A DNA stretch of 64,000 nt from Clostridia bacterium (GCA_017934975.1 JAGBIM010000027.1:171572-235571), one strand, 5' to 3'. Numbered from the stretch's first letter, positions 37,686 to 48,305 are shown. Notes: generated from the sequence alone by a model not told the origin. Numbers and translations: made by a program.

Positions 37686-39344
37686 TTATACGTTTTCTTT
37701 GATTTTCCGGTTGATGCGCTCCCGCAGATTCAGAAGCCATTGGGCGGACTTGGGATAATTCTTAAAGGTGATGGGCTCGATTCCCGCTTCCAGCAGGGCC
37801 ATGGTTTCTTCCCGTCCGCAGAGGGATTCCAGCAGCTGCAGAGCCCGCAGATCCTGCAACGCGTCGTAAAAGACGGGTTGACGCAGGGAGGGCCAGGGCT
37901 TGCCGTTTTCGCCGGGATAGACGGAATAGGTGTCGCCCGAGGGAACCCAGCCGTCTCCGTCGGAGAAGAGGAAGGGATTGATCTTCGCGTAGGCGAGACG
38001 GGTGTTGTAGTTGTTGTAGCCCCAATGCAAAAAGCCCTTGATGTTGAATTTATAGAACTGAAGGCCGATGATGCGGTTGCGGGCCGAGGGCTGGGCAATG
38101 GCCCGATTGGAAAGCTTCGGTCCGGCGCCGCAGTAATAAGACCAACGGTCTTCGATATCCCGTTCCAGGAACTCGTCGATGTGTCCCGTGTAGGGTACGG
38201 GATTCTTTACCAGTCCGTTGTCGTAATATTCCACGTTGGACAGGGCGTCCATAACGGGATAGCCTTCCAGAAGGGGGGCAAGAAAGTCGCTCAGCTTCTT
38301 GTACTGATCCAGATCCTTATCGCTCGGTTCGTCGGAAATGTGGAACCAGCAGCGCTTGTCCGCGCCGTTTTTCTGCTCCTTCAGATAGGTCAGCATTTGG
38401 GGGATCAACGCGGAAAGGAAGGCCTTGTATTCGTCCCCGTCGGAGGGGGTGTCCCAGCCGAAGATCCGTTTCTTCTTTCCGTTCACCGTGGCCATAACCT
38501 TGGGACAGGCCTTTGCTCCCCATTGGGAGTACAGATGACAGATTTCAAGATAGTGAATCCCCATCTTGTCGCACAGATCCACCCAGCGCCCCAGGTTGGA
38601 AAAGTCAAACGTGTAACCGTCGTCGGTCTTGGTCACGTCCACCAGCTGGGTGGTGGGGCGATAGCCCCCCTTGTAGGTGTCCAGCTCGGGGGTGACAATG
38701 GGGGTCAGGATCATGTTCTGTCCGTATCGAACGGCGTTCTGCATGAAGCTTTCAATGATCTTCCAATGCTTTTCGCTCCAGACGCGCACTCCGTAGCGGT
38801 CCATCAGGCAATCGGTGTAGAACCATTGGGTATATTTCAGATCCGGTGCGGGAAGCTCTGCGTTGATGATCTCCACCTGCAGGGTGATATCCACCTCGGT
38901 TTTTTTCTTTTTGCGGTTGTAAAAACGGACGCGGAAGGGATAGATCCCCGCCTCCAGATTGCATTTCGGATCCACCTCGAACCACACGGCCCGCAGGGTG
39001 TTGTCCGGGCAGAGGCAGTCGGTTTTATAGGAAAAGGGCTCCAGCAGGTCGGGATAGAGACCGGGCGCCGTGCGCAGGTAATTGTCGTCCGCCTGCTCGG
39101 GGAAGGCGGGCATGTAAGAAGGAATCTGCCGCACGTTGTATACGGTGATATATTGCGCCAGGGGGGATTCGATCTTCAGCTTACAGTCTCGGGAGGGGCG
39201 GACTTTTTCTTCCATTTCGTAACAGATCTGAAAGGAAAGCCGTTCGTTTCTCAGCATGGAAATTGATTTTAATTCCGTTTTCTGAAAAACCTCTTCGTCG
39301 ATGAAGCATTTCTCCAGAGAGGAGATAAATTTTGCGTGAATCAT
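37686..39344 (-). CDS. DUF4091-type protein, putative glycoside hydrolase (paralog 2)
   Basis: Tandem paralog of 36010-37665. AGGAGG RBS. Confidence 0.6.
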   Translation of the reverse strand: MIHAKFISSLEKCFIDEEVFQKTELKSISMLRNERLSFQICYEMEEKVRPSRDCKLKIESPLAQYITVYNVRQIPSYMPAFPEQADDNYLRTAPGLYPDLLEPFSYKTDCLCPDNTLRAVWFEVDPKCNLEAGIYPFRVRFYNRKKKKTEVDITLQVEIINAELPAPDLKYTQWFYTDCLMDRYGVRVWSEKHWKIIESFMQNAVRYGQNMILTPIVTPELDTYKGGYRPTTQLVDVTKTDDGYTFDFSNLGRWVDLCDKMGIHYLEICHLYSQWGAKACPKVMATVNGKKKRIFGWDTPSDGDEYKAFLSALIPQMLTYLKEQKNGADKRCWFHISDEPSDKDLDQYKKLSDFLAPLLEGYPVMDALSNVEYYDNGLVKNPVPYTGHIDEFLERDIEDRWSYYCGAGPKLSNRAIAQPSARNRIIGLQFYKFNIKGFLHWGYNNYNTRLAYAKINPFLFSDGDGWVPSGDTYSVYPGENGKPWPSLRQPVFYDALQDLRALQLLESLCGREETMALLEAGIEPITFKNYPKSAQWLLNLRERINRKIKENV

Positions 39345-39376
39345 AAAAAACCTCCTGCACGAGTCTGATTTTTTTT

Positions 39377-39405
39377 ATTTTACCATATTTCAGCGGAAAA
39401 AGCAA
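39377..39405 (-). promoter_or_regulatory. Promoter for the DUF4091 pair (TTGCTT, 17 bp, TAAAAT)
   Basis: Hexamers with a 17-bp spacer about 30 nt upstream of the start. Confidence 0.45.
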
Positions 39406-39507
39406 GAGCAGAAAGGGAGAAAATATGGATTTTTGGTCTGTTTTTTTCGCGTTTTCGGAAGTTTTTTTAATTTTTTGTATTAATTGGAAATTTTTTCTCC
39501 TCCCGTA

Positions 39508-39536
39508 TTGAAAAAAGAAAAAGAATGTGATAATAT
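39508..39536 (+). promoter_or_regulatory. Promoter for the fused ABC transporter (TTGAAA, 17 bp, TGaTAATAT)
   Basis: Extended -10 about 50 nt upstream of the start. Confidence 0.45.
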
Positions 39537-39584
39537 AAATATGCTAAGGTAGAATTTAAGTTTATCTCAAAAGGGGAGATATCG

Positions 39585-42500
39585 ATGTTGCGTTTAACCG
39601 GTATAACCAAAGAATATCCCACCGGCGGGGAGACCGTGGTCGCCCTTCGTCAGGTTTCTTTGGAATTTCGCAAAAATGAATTCGTCGCCATTCTCGGACC
39701 TTCGGGGTGCGGCAAAACCACGCTGTTGAATATCATCGGCGGATTGGATCAATACACGGACGGGGATCTGTCCATCAACGGAGTTTCCACCAAAAAGTAT
39801 AAGGACGGCGATTGGGACGCTTACCGCAACCATTCGGTGGGGTTCGTGTTTCAAAGCTATAATCTGATTCCCCATCAGACGGTGCTGTCCAACGTGGAGC
39901 TGGCTCTTTCCATTTCGGGGGTCTCCAAGCGGGAGCGCCGCGCCCGCGCCGTAGAGGCGCTGAAAAAGGTGGGATTGGGGGATCAGCTGAAGAAAAAGCC
40001 CAATCAGATGTCGGGGGGACAGATGCAGCGCGTGGCCATTGCCCGTGCTTTGGTGAACGATCCCGAAATCCTTCTGGCCGACGAGCCTACCGGGGCTCTG
40101 GATTCGGAAACCAGCGTGCAGGTTATGGAACTTCTCAAGGAGATCGCCAAAGACCGCCTCGTGGTGATGGTCACCCACAACCCCGAACTTGCGGATCAGT
40201 ATGCCACCCGTATCGTCCGTCTGCTGGACGGGAAGGTCATAGACGACAGCGATCCTTATCGTGCCGAGGAAAAGCCCGCGGCCGTTGCGAAAACGACCAA
40301 GAAGAAAAAGCGACCCTCCATGTCCTTTTTCACTTCCCTCAGCCTTTCGCTGAAAAATCTGTTGACCAAAAAAGGGCGCACGGTCCTTACCGCCTTTGCG
40401 GGGTCCATCGGAATCATCGGAATTTCTTTGATTTTTGCCGTCTCCAACGGGACGAAAACCTATATTGACGACGTGCAGGAGGATACGCTTTCCACCTATC
40501 CTCTCACCCTTCAGGCCACCACCGTGGATCTGCAGACGCTGATGCAGACATTTATGGGGGTTGCGGACACGTCGGAATACAATCACGGAACCGATAAGGT
40601 TTATTCCCAGGCCGTTCTTTTTGAGATGATCAACGCGTGGAATAACGTGGAGACGCTTCAGAACGATCTGAAGGCCTTTAAGGCCTTTCTCGATCGGGAG
40701 CTTGCCAAGGACGCAGAAACCGAATCGTCCCTGCGGGACGCTCTGTCGGGGGTTCAGTATTCCTACGATCTGGATCTGCAGGTCTATACGAAAAACGTGG
40801 ACGGCACCGTGATCCGTTCCGACACCGCTAAGATCCTCAACGAAGCCTTCAAGGAGTTCTTTAAGGTAGACATGGAGGCTATGATGAGCCTTTCCTCCGG
40901 TATGGGAGGAATGTCTTCCATGATGACGTCCATGTCGGAGGCAAATCAGCAAAAGCTGTGGTGCGAAATGCTCGCGGGGAAGGACGGAAGTCTGGTCAGC
41001 CCCGTGATTGAAGGGCAGTACGATCTGGTCTACGGCTCCTGGCCTAACGACGCCCACGAGGTTGTGCTGGTGCTGAAGGAAAACAACGAGCTGGACGATC
41101 TGACCCTCTACGCCCTGGGCCTCGTTCCCAAGGAAGAGGTGGATAATATCTTCCATGCGGTGCTCAATCAGGGGCAACTGGAGGTTCAGCAGAAATCCTG
41201 GACCTACGAAGAAATCTGCAGTCAGTCGTATCGCGTGGTTCTCTCTTCCGATTGCTGGCAAAAGGGTCAGTTGGGCAATTACGTGGATTTGCGGGAGACC
41301 CAGGAAGGGATGAAGATCCTTTATAACGATTACGGCATTGACCTTCGGGTAACGGGCATCATCCGTCCCAAGGAAGACGTCTCCGCCACCATGCTCAACG
41401 GCTCCATCGCCTATACCAAGGCCCTCACCGAGCTGGTGATTGCCCGCGGGAACGAATCCGCCCTCATCAAGGAGCAGAAGGAAAATCCCAAAACCGACGT
41501 CTTTACGGGGCTTCCCTTTAATCTGAAGGGGACCGCGGGAGAATTGACCGACGCGGAAAAAGATGCGGCCTTCCGTGAATTTATCAACGAAAAGGACACC
41601 GCGGGAAAAGCCGCCGCCTTCCTTTCGGTCAAATCCATCGTTCCCGAAAACTATCTGGAACAAATGCGGCAGATGGCTCTGAAGGACGCCACCCGCGAAA
41701 GCATGATTTCTTCCCTCGTTCAGGGGATGTCCCAGCAAATGGGTCTTTCCCAGGAGGACGTTGCGGCCTATCTGGAAGGCATGAGTGACGAGGAATTGAA
41801 GGACTATTATCTGCGGCTCGTGGACGAAATGGGCAAGATGCAGTATTCCGCTGCCGTTCGAAAGGCCTTTACTTCCTTGAATAAACAAAACGCCGTTACC
41901 GTTGCCACCGTGGCGGTTATGGGGATGCAGCAGCTGGATCCCATGGCCGCAGGGGTGTACGTGGCGGGACTTTCCGATTTGGAATTGGTGGATCTTTACC
42001 TCAACGTGGCTTTGAGCCCCTCGGCGCAGCTTCCGGAAGGAGCGGCCGATGCGGAATTCTTGGCTTCGCTGATGGATCAGACCCTTGCCGCCGCCGATGA
42101 AAAAGCCTGTGCCAAATATTACGACGAGGTGATCGTCTTCTCCGAATCCACCTACGAGGAGAACCTCAAGGAATTGGGTGCGGTCAATCTGGACGATCCT
42201 TTCAAGATCAACCTGTTTTCCGCTACGTTTGAGGCAAAGGATACGGTGAAGGAGGCCATTGCTCAATACAACGAATCCGTGGACGATCTTTCTCAAATTC
42301 GCTATACGGATATGGTGGGTATCCTGATGTCCTCCATTACCACCATTATCGACGCCATCACCTACGTGCTTATTGCCTTCGTGTCCATTTCTCTGGTGGT
42401 CTCTTCCATTATGATTGCCGTCATCACCCTGATTTCGGTTCAGGAACGCACCAAGGAAATCGGTATTTTGCGTGCCATCGGTGCTTCCAAGCGGAACGTG

Positions 42501-42761
42501 TCCAACATGTTCAACGCAGAGACCATGATCATCGGCTTTGCCTCGGGCGTTCTGGGGATCGCGGTTACGTGGTTGCTCTGCTTCGTGATCAACTTCATCC
42601 TTCATACGTTGACGGGTATTCCCAATCTGAGCGCACGGCTTTCCCCCGAATTCGTGGTGATTATGATCGCCATCAGTGTGTTGCTTACGCTGATCTCCGG
42701 TCTGATTCCCTCCCGCAGTGCCGCCAAGAAAGATCCCGTGGTGGCTTTGCGTACCGAATAA
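39585..42761 (+). CDS. Fused ABC transporter: N-terminal ATPase plus C-terminal FtsX-like permease with a large extracytoplasmic domain (MacB-like)
   Basis: Walker [29 protein letters not shown], then TM helices, a roughly 600-aa extracytoplasmic region and a C-terminal 4-TM FtsX domain. Confidence 0.85.
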   Translation: MLRLTGITKEYPTGGETVVALRQVSLEFRKNEFVAILGPSGCGKTTLLNIIGGLDQYTDGDLSINGVSTKKYKDGDWDAYRNHSVGFVFQSYNLIPHQTVLSNVELALSISGVSKRERRARAVEALKKVGLGDQLKKKPNQMSGGQMQRVAIARALVNDPEILLADEPTGALDSETSVQVMELLKEIAKDRLVVMVTHNPELADQYATRIVRLLDGKVIDDSDPYRAEEKPAAVAKTTKKKKRPSMSFFTSLSLSLKNLLTKKGRTVLTAFAGSIGIIGISLIFAVSNGTKTYIDDVQEDTLSTYPLTLQATTVDLQTLMQTFMGVADTSEYNHGTDKVYSQAVLFEMINAWNNVETLQNDLKAFKAFLDRELAKDAETESSLRDALSGVQYSYDLDLQVYTKNVDGTVIRSDTAKILNEAFKEFFKVDMEAMMSLSSGMGGMSSMMTSMSEANQQKLWCEMLAGKDGSLVSPVIEGQYDLVYGSWPNDAHEVVLVLKENNELDDLTLYALGLVPKEEVDNIFHAVLNQGQLEVQQKSWTYEEICSQSYRVVLSSDCWQKGQLGNYVDLRETQEGMKILYNDYGIDLRVTGIIRPKEDVSATMLNGSIAYTKALTELVIARGNESALIKEQKENPKTDVFTGLPFNLKGTAGELTDAEKDAAFREFINEKDTAGKAAAFLSVKSIVPENYLEQMRQMALKDATRESMISSLVQGMSQQMGLSQEDVAAYLEGMSDEELKDYYLRLVDEMGKMQYSAAVRKAFTSLNKQNAVTVATVAVMGMQQLDPMAAGVYVAGLSDLELVDLYLNVALSPSAQLPEGAADAEFLASLMDQTLAAADEKACAKYYDEVIVFSESTYEENLKELGAVNLDDPFKINLFSATFEAKDTVKEAIAQYNESVDDLSQIRYTDMVGILMSSITTIIDAITYVLIAFVSISLVVSSIMIAVITLISVQERTKEIGILRAIGASKRNVSNMFNAETMIIGFASGVLGIAVTWLLCFVINFILHTLTGIPNLSARLSPEFVVIMIAISVLLTLISGLIPSRSAAKKDPVVALRTE

Positions 42762-42780
42762 ACGGTTCGTGCAAAACAAG

Positions 42781-42808
42781 AACCCCTCTCGCAAGAGAGG
42801 GGTTTTAT
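42781..42808. terminator. Bidirectional intrinsic terminator
   Basis: CCCCTCTC-GCAA-GAGAGGGG followed by TTTT, between convergent genes. Confidence 0.85.
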
Positions 42809-42820
42809 GATTGCTTGAAA

Positions 42821-43543
42821 TCAATCCAGATATTCCTTCAGATATTCGCCCAGTTTGGTGTAATCGTCCACCTTTACGAAGGTGATGTCGGATTTGTAGA
42901 CCGATTCGTCGTTTCCTCCGGGCCCGTAATCGTCCCCTGCGTAGACCACCTGATCGTGCCGCAGTCCGTGTTCTTTGCAATAACGGTCCAGAGCGTAGAA
43001 TTTATCGTAGGGCTTGGGTGCCATATCGAAGGAGGAGCTTCCGCCTACGAAGACCACGTATTCGGGGAAATCCGCCACCACCCGATCGTAGATCTTTCTC
43101 CGCTTGCTGCGGTCGGGATCGAAGGACAGTTTATCTGCCAGATCCGCTTTCGTGCCCAAAATGGGGAAGGTGATGCAGCCGGAGGGATGGAATTCCACGT
43201 TGTTGCCCATGTATTCTGTAAAGCCGTATTCCTTGCGCAGCGCGTTTACCCGTTCTTCGATCACCGCAGGGTCGCAGGCGGTCAGAGAATCGTTGCGGAT
43301 CACGTTCAGATCCTTGGTTTCGGGGTTGTATTCCGCGTATTGCATGCCGTAGTTTCCGATGATGTCGATGGGAAACTGCTCCATCTGATTGAAGATGCGG
43401 TAACACTGTCCCGCCCCCGCCATCAGAAGCTTATATTTGGTAGCCAGTTTTTCCAGAATGGCGCGGTTTTCGGGGGAAAGGGGAGACTTGTGCTGGGTCA
43501 GGGTTCCGTCCAGATCAAAAGCGATCACTTTTACGTCTTTCAT
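42821..43543 (-). CDS. HAD-IIB (Cof-type) sugar-phosphate phosphatase
   Basis: FDLDGTLT motif I, GDDYGPGGNDESV motif IV. Start at ATG 43543 (AGGAG RBS). Confidence 0.8.
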   Translation of the reverse strand: MKDVKVIAFDLDGTLTQHKSPLSPENRAILEKLATKYKLLMAGAGQCYRIFNQMEQFPIDIIGNYGMQYAEYNPETKDLNVIRNDSLTACDPAVIEERVNALRKEYGFTEYMGNNVEFHPSGCITFPILGTKADLADKLSFDPDRSKRRKIYDRVVADFPEYVVFVGGSSSFDMAPKPYDKFYALDRYCKEHGLRHDQVVYAGDDYGPGGNDESVYKSDITFVKVDDYTKLGEYLKEYLD

Positions 43544-43576
43544 AGGCTTCTCCTGTCTGAAATAGTTTCTCCGTCC

Positions 43577-43605
43577 ATTATAGCACACTTTTTTCCAAAA
43601 AGCAA
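43577..43605 (-). promoter_or_regulatory. Promoter (TTGCTT, 17 bp, TGTGCTATAAT), near-identical to the prfA promoter
   Basis: Minus strand CCCTCTTGCTTTTTGGAAAAAAGTGTGCTATAATGG vs prfA CCCTCTTGCATATCAGGAAAAAATGTGCTATAATAG. Confidence 0.55.
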
Positions 43606-43652
43606 GAGGGAAACGCAAATATCCCGACGGTTTTCCGTCGGGATATTACTTT

Positions 43653-45131
43653 TCAGAGAATAATGCAGATCAGCCCGCCGCTTCCTTCGTTGGTGATCCG
43701 TTCCAGGGTTTCCTGAAGCTTCAGACGGGATTCGTCGGTGAGGTGTGCAAGCTTCGTGTGCAGACCTTCGGTGACCAGCTCGTGGAGGGATTTGCCGAAA
43801 ATATTGCTGTCCCAGAGCTTTTGGGGATCCTGCTCGAATTCGGCCAGCAGATATTTGACCAGATCCTCCGATTGCTTTTCGTTCCCCACGATGGGTGCTA
43901 CCTCCGTTTCAATGGTAGCCTTGATAATATGATAGGAAGGCGCCGAAGCCTTCAGTCGAACGCCGTACCGCCCTCCCTGCTTGGTGATTTCGGGCTCTTC
44001 CAGAGAAAGCTCTCCGACGGAGGGGGTGACGATGCCGTATCCCTTCAGATTTGCCTCGGTAAATGCGGTTTCGATTTTGTCGAATTGCTTTTTTGCTTTG
44101 GTCAGATCGCACAGGGCGGCAATCAGATCCCCTTCGTTTTCCACCGTAAGTCCCGTCGTTTCGCTGAGAATCTTATAGAACAGTTCTTGCGGTAACGTGG
44201 CGTGAATGCGAACCTTTCCGCATCCCAATTCCACGCTGTCCAGATCCGCGTCCTGCACGTGCTCGCTTTCCCGCAGGGCCTCCACCAAGCGGTCGGTGTC
44301 CCGGATTTTTTTCAGTCCTGCCGCCGTTTGGGTGATGGTTTCCAATACGGTCCTGCGGATGGGGTGGGTCTCCTCCAGGAAATTGATCCAAGGGGGCATT
44401 TTGATGCCGATCTGCCGAATGGGGAACTCAAAGAGAATGTGCTCCAGAATCCGACGGACGGTTTTTTCACTCAGGTTCATGCAATCCACGGGAACCACGG
44501 GAACGCCGTACTTTTCCTTCAGGCTTCCGCACAGTTCTACCGTTTCGGGGGCGCGGGGGACGGCGGTGTTCAGCAATACCACGAAGGGCTTGTTGATTTC
44601 CTGCAGTTCGCGGATTACCCGCTCTTCCGCTTCCAGATACCCTTCTCTGGCAATTTCGCCGATGGTGCCGTCGGTGGTGATGACCAGTCCGATGGTGGAA
44701 TGCTCCCGAATGACCTTTTGCGTTCCCGTTTCCGCCGCCATGTTGAAGGGAACGGGCTCCTCAAACCAAGGGGTTCTCACCATGCGGGGCTGATCGTTTT
44801 CGATGTAGCCCAAGGCGTCGGGGACGATGTATCCCACGCAGTCGATGAGCCGTACCCGAAAGGAGGCGTTTTCCTGCAGGGTCACCTGTACCGCCTCGTT
44901 GGGGATGAATTTCGGCTCCGTGGTCATAATGGTACGACCCGCCGCCGATTGGGGCATTTCGTCCACGGCGCGGTCTTTTCCGAAGGGATCGGAAATGTTG
45001 GGCAGAACCAAAGCCTCCATGAACTTTTTGATAAAAGTGGATTTCCCCGTGCGGACGGGGCCCACCACGCCGATGTAAATGTCCCCGCCCGTGCGGGCCG
45101 CAATGTCTTGATAAATGTTTGTGCTTGCCAT
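43653..45131 (-). CDS. spoIVA: Stage IV sporulation protein A (spore coat morphogenetic ATPase)
   Basis: 492 aa. GVVGPVRTGKSTFIKKFME Walker A. Colinear with B. subtilis SpoIVA through the C-terminal NEGSGGLICIIL. Confidence 0.95.
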   Translation of the reverse strand: MASTNIYQDIAARTGGDIYIGVVGPVRTGKSTFIKKFMEALVLPNISDPFGKDRAVDEMPQSAAGRTIMTTEPKFIPNEAVQVTLQENASFRVRLIDCVGYIVPDALGYIENDQPRMVRTPWFEEPVPFNMAAETGTQKVIREHSTIGLVITTDGTIGEIAREGYLEAEERVIRELQEINKPFVVLLNTAVPRAPETVELCGSLKEKYGVPVVPVDCMNLSEKTVRRILEHILFEFPIRQIGIKMPPWINFLEETHPIRRTVLETITQTAAGLKKIRDTDRLVEALRESEHVQDADLDSVELGCGKVRIHATLPQELFYKILSETTGLTVENEGDLIAALCDLTKAKKQFDKIETAFTEANLKGYGIVTPSVGELSLEEPEITKQGGRYGVRLKASAPSYHIIKATIETEVAPIVGNEKQSEDLVKYLLAEFEQDPQKLWDSNIFGKSLHELVTEGLHTKLAHLTDESRLKLQETLERITNEGSGGLICIIL

Positions 45132-45171
45132 AATGCTTCCTCCGTGTTTTCAAATTTTTTCGTTTTGTACA

Positions 45172-45200
45172 AACTTATGAAAACGTTGGGGAAGATATGC
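45172..45200 (-). promoter_or_regulatory. Candidate sigma-E-type promoter for spoIVA (GCATATC, 13 bp, CATAAGTT)
   Basis: Resembles the mother-cell sigma-E consensus (ATATT ... CATACA-T) at the appropriate distance from the ATG. Confidence 0.4.
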
Positions 45201-45238
45201 AAAAAGATCGGCACGGAATGTCCGCACCGATCCTTTTT
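45201..45238. terminator. Bidirectional hairpin terminator after the GDPD gene
   Basis: GATCGGCACGGA-N-TCCGCACCGATC imperfect stem flanked by AAAAA and CTTTTTT. Confidence 0.6.
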
Positions 45239-45247
45239 TGCGATTTC

Positions 45248-46081
45248 TTATTTTCTGCGCCCCGTCTGCTTCAGATAGGTGTCACATTGGAAGAGCCAGT
45301 CGGTCTGAATAATATCAAACCCGCGGTCCGCAAGCCAGCCCCATCCCATTTCGGGGTCAACCAGCAGGGAATTGTCGTCGCTGTGTCCGCCGGCCAGTTC
45401 CTTGCGGTAGTTGTACATAATGCCGTTTGCCCAGACGGTTTTTCCCGCCTTGTGCATGGCCTCGATGTATTCGGGGGAGGCGATGGGGTCCGTGTCTTTG
45501 ACGAACAGACATTCGCTGCCCACGTAACGTACGTTATAATTTTTCATCATCTCCAGGCAGGGATCTTCCGTCCAGACCATGGGCATCAGAGGCATATCGG
45601 GAGCGTAGGTCTCCGTGTCCTTGATCTGCTTTTCGTTCAGCGAAATCTTCAACAGAACCTGATCCTGCATGTTCCGTTCCCGTACCAGTTTTGCAATGGC
45701 TTCGGGATTCATCCAGAATTTGTCCAGATTGACGATGCACTTGCCTTTCAAAAAGTCCAGGGCTTCTTCCAGCCGCAGAATAGGATGGGCCGTTTCTCCT
45801 CCGTCGTCGTTGGAAAGCTTGAAGCGGGCGACAAAATCGGAAGGGTAACGCTTGATGCTGTCCTTCAGACGAATAATGTGGGGCTCCGTGCCGGGATGCA
45901 GGACGAAAAGCTTCCCGTCTTCGGTTCGTTCAATGTCCAGTTCCACGATATCCGCATCGTGATTCAGGGCGATCTGGAAGGCAGGGCGGGAATTGAAGGG
46001 GATATTTCCTCCGTAATACCCACGGTGTGACGCCAGCAAAACGCCGCGTTTTTCATTCAGTGCAAGAAATGGATTGTTCAT
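45248..46081 (-). CDS. Glycerophosphodiester phosphodiesterase family protein
   Basis: HRGYYG...PFNSRPAF...ADIVELDIERTEDGKLFVLHPG GDPD signature. Confidence 0.8.
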   Translation of the reverse strand: MNNPFLALNEKRGVLLASHRGYYGGNIPFNSRPAFQIALNHDADIVELDIERTEDGKLFVLHPGTEPHIIRLKDSIKRYPSDFVARFKLSNDDGGETAHPILRLEEALDFLKGKCIVNLDKFWMNPEAIAKLVRERNMQDQVLLKISLNEKQIKDTETYAPDMPLMPMVWTEDPCLEMMKNYNVRYVGSECLFVKDTDPIASPEYIEAMHKAGKTVWANGIMYNYRKELAGGHSDDNSLLVDPEMGWGWLADRGFDIIQTDWLFQCDTYLKQTGRRK

Positions 46082-46084
46082 AAT

Positions 46085-48172
46085 TTATTCCTTTCCTCCC
46101 CGAAGGGCTTTGTACATGGCTACCAGCGCATAGGATGCGAATCCGTGGTCGCGGCTTCCCGTGCCTTGACGGTATTCCCATAAGGTGCCCGTTTCCTGCT
46201 CCATGGCGCCGAAAAATTCTCGGATGTCCGAAATCAGAAGATCGTATTTCTCCAGTTTTAGCAGGGCTTCCATGCGCAGATACACGCCGATGAAGGCGTT
46301 AATGGGCTCAATGTCGGGCAACTCCTGCTTCCGTTCCGCTCCGAAAACGTTGTAGACCAGATTCCGCAACTCTGCATAGATCTCGTCGTTCAGATCCACG
46401 TCGCCGAAGAGGATGGCGTAATACTGGCAGACCTCCGAGCAATGCTCCTGTCGGACCAAAGCCCCTTCTTCGTTTCGTATGGCGTGATCTAAGAATAAAC
46501 TACCGTTGAAGGACTGCTCCCGCGCCGTCTTGGCGATCTTTGCAGCCTTTTCCTTCAGCGATGCATCTCCGTAAAGATCCGCCATCCGCCGCAAAACCTC
46601 TGCGTAAAGGAAGTTGGTGGGATAGTTTACGTCCTGGGTCCAGCTGTTGGCCGCACTCCATTCCACGAAGTTCCAGGAGGGTAATTTTTCCAGCAGCCCG
46701 TCGTTGTTTTCATACCGCTGATAGAACTTCAGCAATCCATCCACCGAGGGGCGGAAGGCCTCTTTGTCCTCTTCCGGCGCACGCTGCAGCAGATATTCCG
46801 CAACCTCCAGAAGATACCACATGGTCCATTGCGGGATGAACTTTGCGCCCACTTCAATATCGGCGGGGTAGCACATGGGAAGAGCCCCTTCGGGAAGTTC
46901 TTCGTTGCGATAAAGGCGGAAATTCTCTAAAAACGCCTTTTCTACGGGGACCTTTCCGAAAAGGAAATATTCGGTTTTTGCAGTGAAATAGGAGTCACAG
47001 AGCCATCCTGCCCGTTCCCGGGAGGGGCAGTCGGTGTAGAGATCCACCGCGTTGTGGGCGTAGGTTCGCACCGCGCCGCGGGCGATGGCGTTCAGCGTTT
47101 CGTCTCCTGTGTCGGGCAGGGAAACCGCCGAGGTATCCGCTTCGTAGGGGATGATGCCGAACTGAGAGACGGTGATCGTTCCCTTCTTTGCTGCCACGAG
47201 GATGTATCTTGCCGTATAGGGTTCAAAGGCCGTGGCGTGACGCTCTTCTGCAGGGAGGTGGAACTCCATGGCGTTGAGGGCGTGCATGGTGGTATATTCA
47301 AATTTGTCTCCGCTTCCCCCTTCGGAATATCCCAGTACCAGATCGCTTTCTTCGGAGCAGGAGACCTTCAGATCAAAAAATCCGCATTCAATGCGACCGA
47401 AATCGAGGATTGCATATTCGCCCTCCCGCAAAGTTACGGGCAGGGAAGAGGTTCCTTCCGTTTTGATCTGTTCGTACTGACGGATCCAGGTGTAGGGGAA
47501 GGCGAGGATTTCTTCTTCCTTGAATTCTCCCCAGCCCTCTGCAAGTCTGCCGCTTCGGCCGGAATAATTCCGTTTGCTCGGATCGGCGTCCTCCCGAAGT
47601 TTTAAGGTTCCGCGGGATGCAATTTCAGAAAGACCGATCCGCTCGTAGGTGGGATAAGGTACCACGCGATCCAAAATTACGGGGTGCTCAATTTCCTCTA
47701 CGGGGAGGAGTTCCTCCAAAGCCGATGCGGAAAGATCCCAATGCTCCGCAAATTGCCGCTGACCGGCGTAACGGGGCGTTTTTTGAAGTTTTCGTCCGTT
47801 TCGGTAGGCCTTGGTTTCAAGGGACGTGGCGTAAAGAATTTCATCTCCCTTACGCAGTTCCGCCTGCAGGAAGGATTTTTGCTTAACGCCGTTGAAGGAT
47901 TTGCAGAAATACCCCGCCACGAGGATTTGAACGTGGTTCCTTTCCCCTCGGAAGCGATCCAGGGAAATAACATCTTCCCGTGCGTATCCCTTCGCCGTGC
48001 GGGCAGGGCCGAAGGCCACGAATTCACCGTTGACCCACAGTTGATAGAAGGATGCGGCGGTGATATGCAACTCTGCCCCTTCCAAAGAGCCCGTTTCCAG
48101 GGGGAAGGTGGTGAAGGTGTTCAGAGTTTCCGATTGATTTTTCGGGTAGACCGGGATTGCCTTTTGAAACAT
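46085..48172 (-). CDS. Glycoside hydrolase, alpha-L-rhamnosidase (GH78)-like six-hairpin enzyme
   Basis: N-terminal LHITAASFYQLWVNGEFVAFGPART resembles the rhamnosidase N-domain. DCPSRERAGWLCD matches the catalytic-domain DCP.RE..GW.GD block. Confidence 0.55.
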   Translation of the reverse strand: MFQKAIPVYPKNQSETLNTFTTFPLETGSLEGAELHITAASFYQLWVNGEFVAFGPARTAKGYAREDVISLDRFRGERNHVQILVAGYFCKSFNGVKQKSFLQAELRKGDEILYATSLETKAYRNGRKLQKTPRYAGQRQFAEHWDLSASALEELLPVEEIEHPVILDRVVPYPTYERIGLSEIASRGTLKLREDADPSKRNYSGRSGRLAEGWGEFKEEEILAFPYTWIRQYEQIKTEGTSSLPVTLREGEYAILDFGRIECGFFDLKVSCSEESDLVLGYSEGGSGDKFEYTTMHALNAMEFHLPAEERHATAFEPYTARYILVAAKKGTITVSQFGIIPYEADTSAVSLPDTGDETLNAIARGAVRTYAHNAVDLYTDCPSRERAGWLCDSYFTAKTEYFLFGKVPVEKAFLENFRLYRNEELPEGALPMCYPADIEVGAKFIPQWTMWYLLEVAEYLLQRAPEEDKEAFRPSVDGLLKFYQRYENNDGLLEKLPSWNFVEWSAANSWTQDVNYPTNFLYAEVLRRMADLYGDASLKEKAAKIAKTAREQSFNGSLFLDHAIRNEEGALVRQEHCSEVCQYYAILFGDVDLNDEIYAELRNLVYNVFGAERKQELPDIEPINAFIGVYLRMEALLKLEKYDLLISDIREFFGAMEQETGTLWEYRQGTGSRDHGFASYALVAMYKALRGGKE

Positions 48173-48207
48173 GGTACGCCTCCTGAAACAAGTTTGTCAT
48201 TTCTTGT

Positions 48208-48236
48208 ATTATACACTTTTTCTTAGACACTGTCAA
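48208..48236 (-). promoter_or_regulatory. Promoter (TTGACA, 17 bp, TATAAT) for the GH78-like/GDPD operon
   Basis: Consensus hexamers with A-rich spacer AAAAAGTG before the -10. Confidence 0.6.
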
Positions 48237-48305
48237 TAGTTTTTTGCGAGAAAAGCAAGGTTTTGCACAAAAAAAACGGCACGGATTTTTTCCGCGCCGT
48301 TTGAA

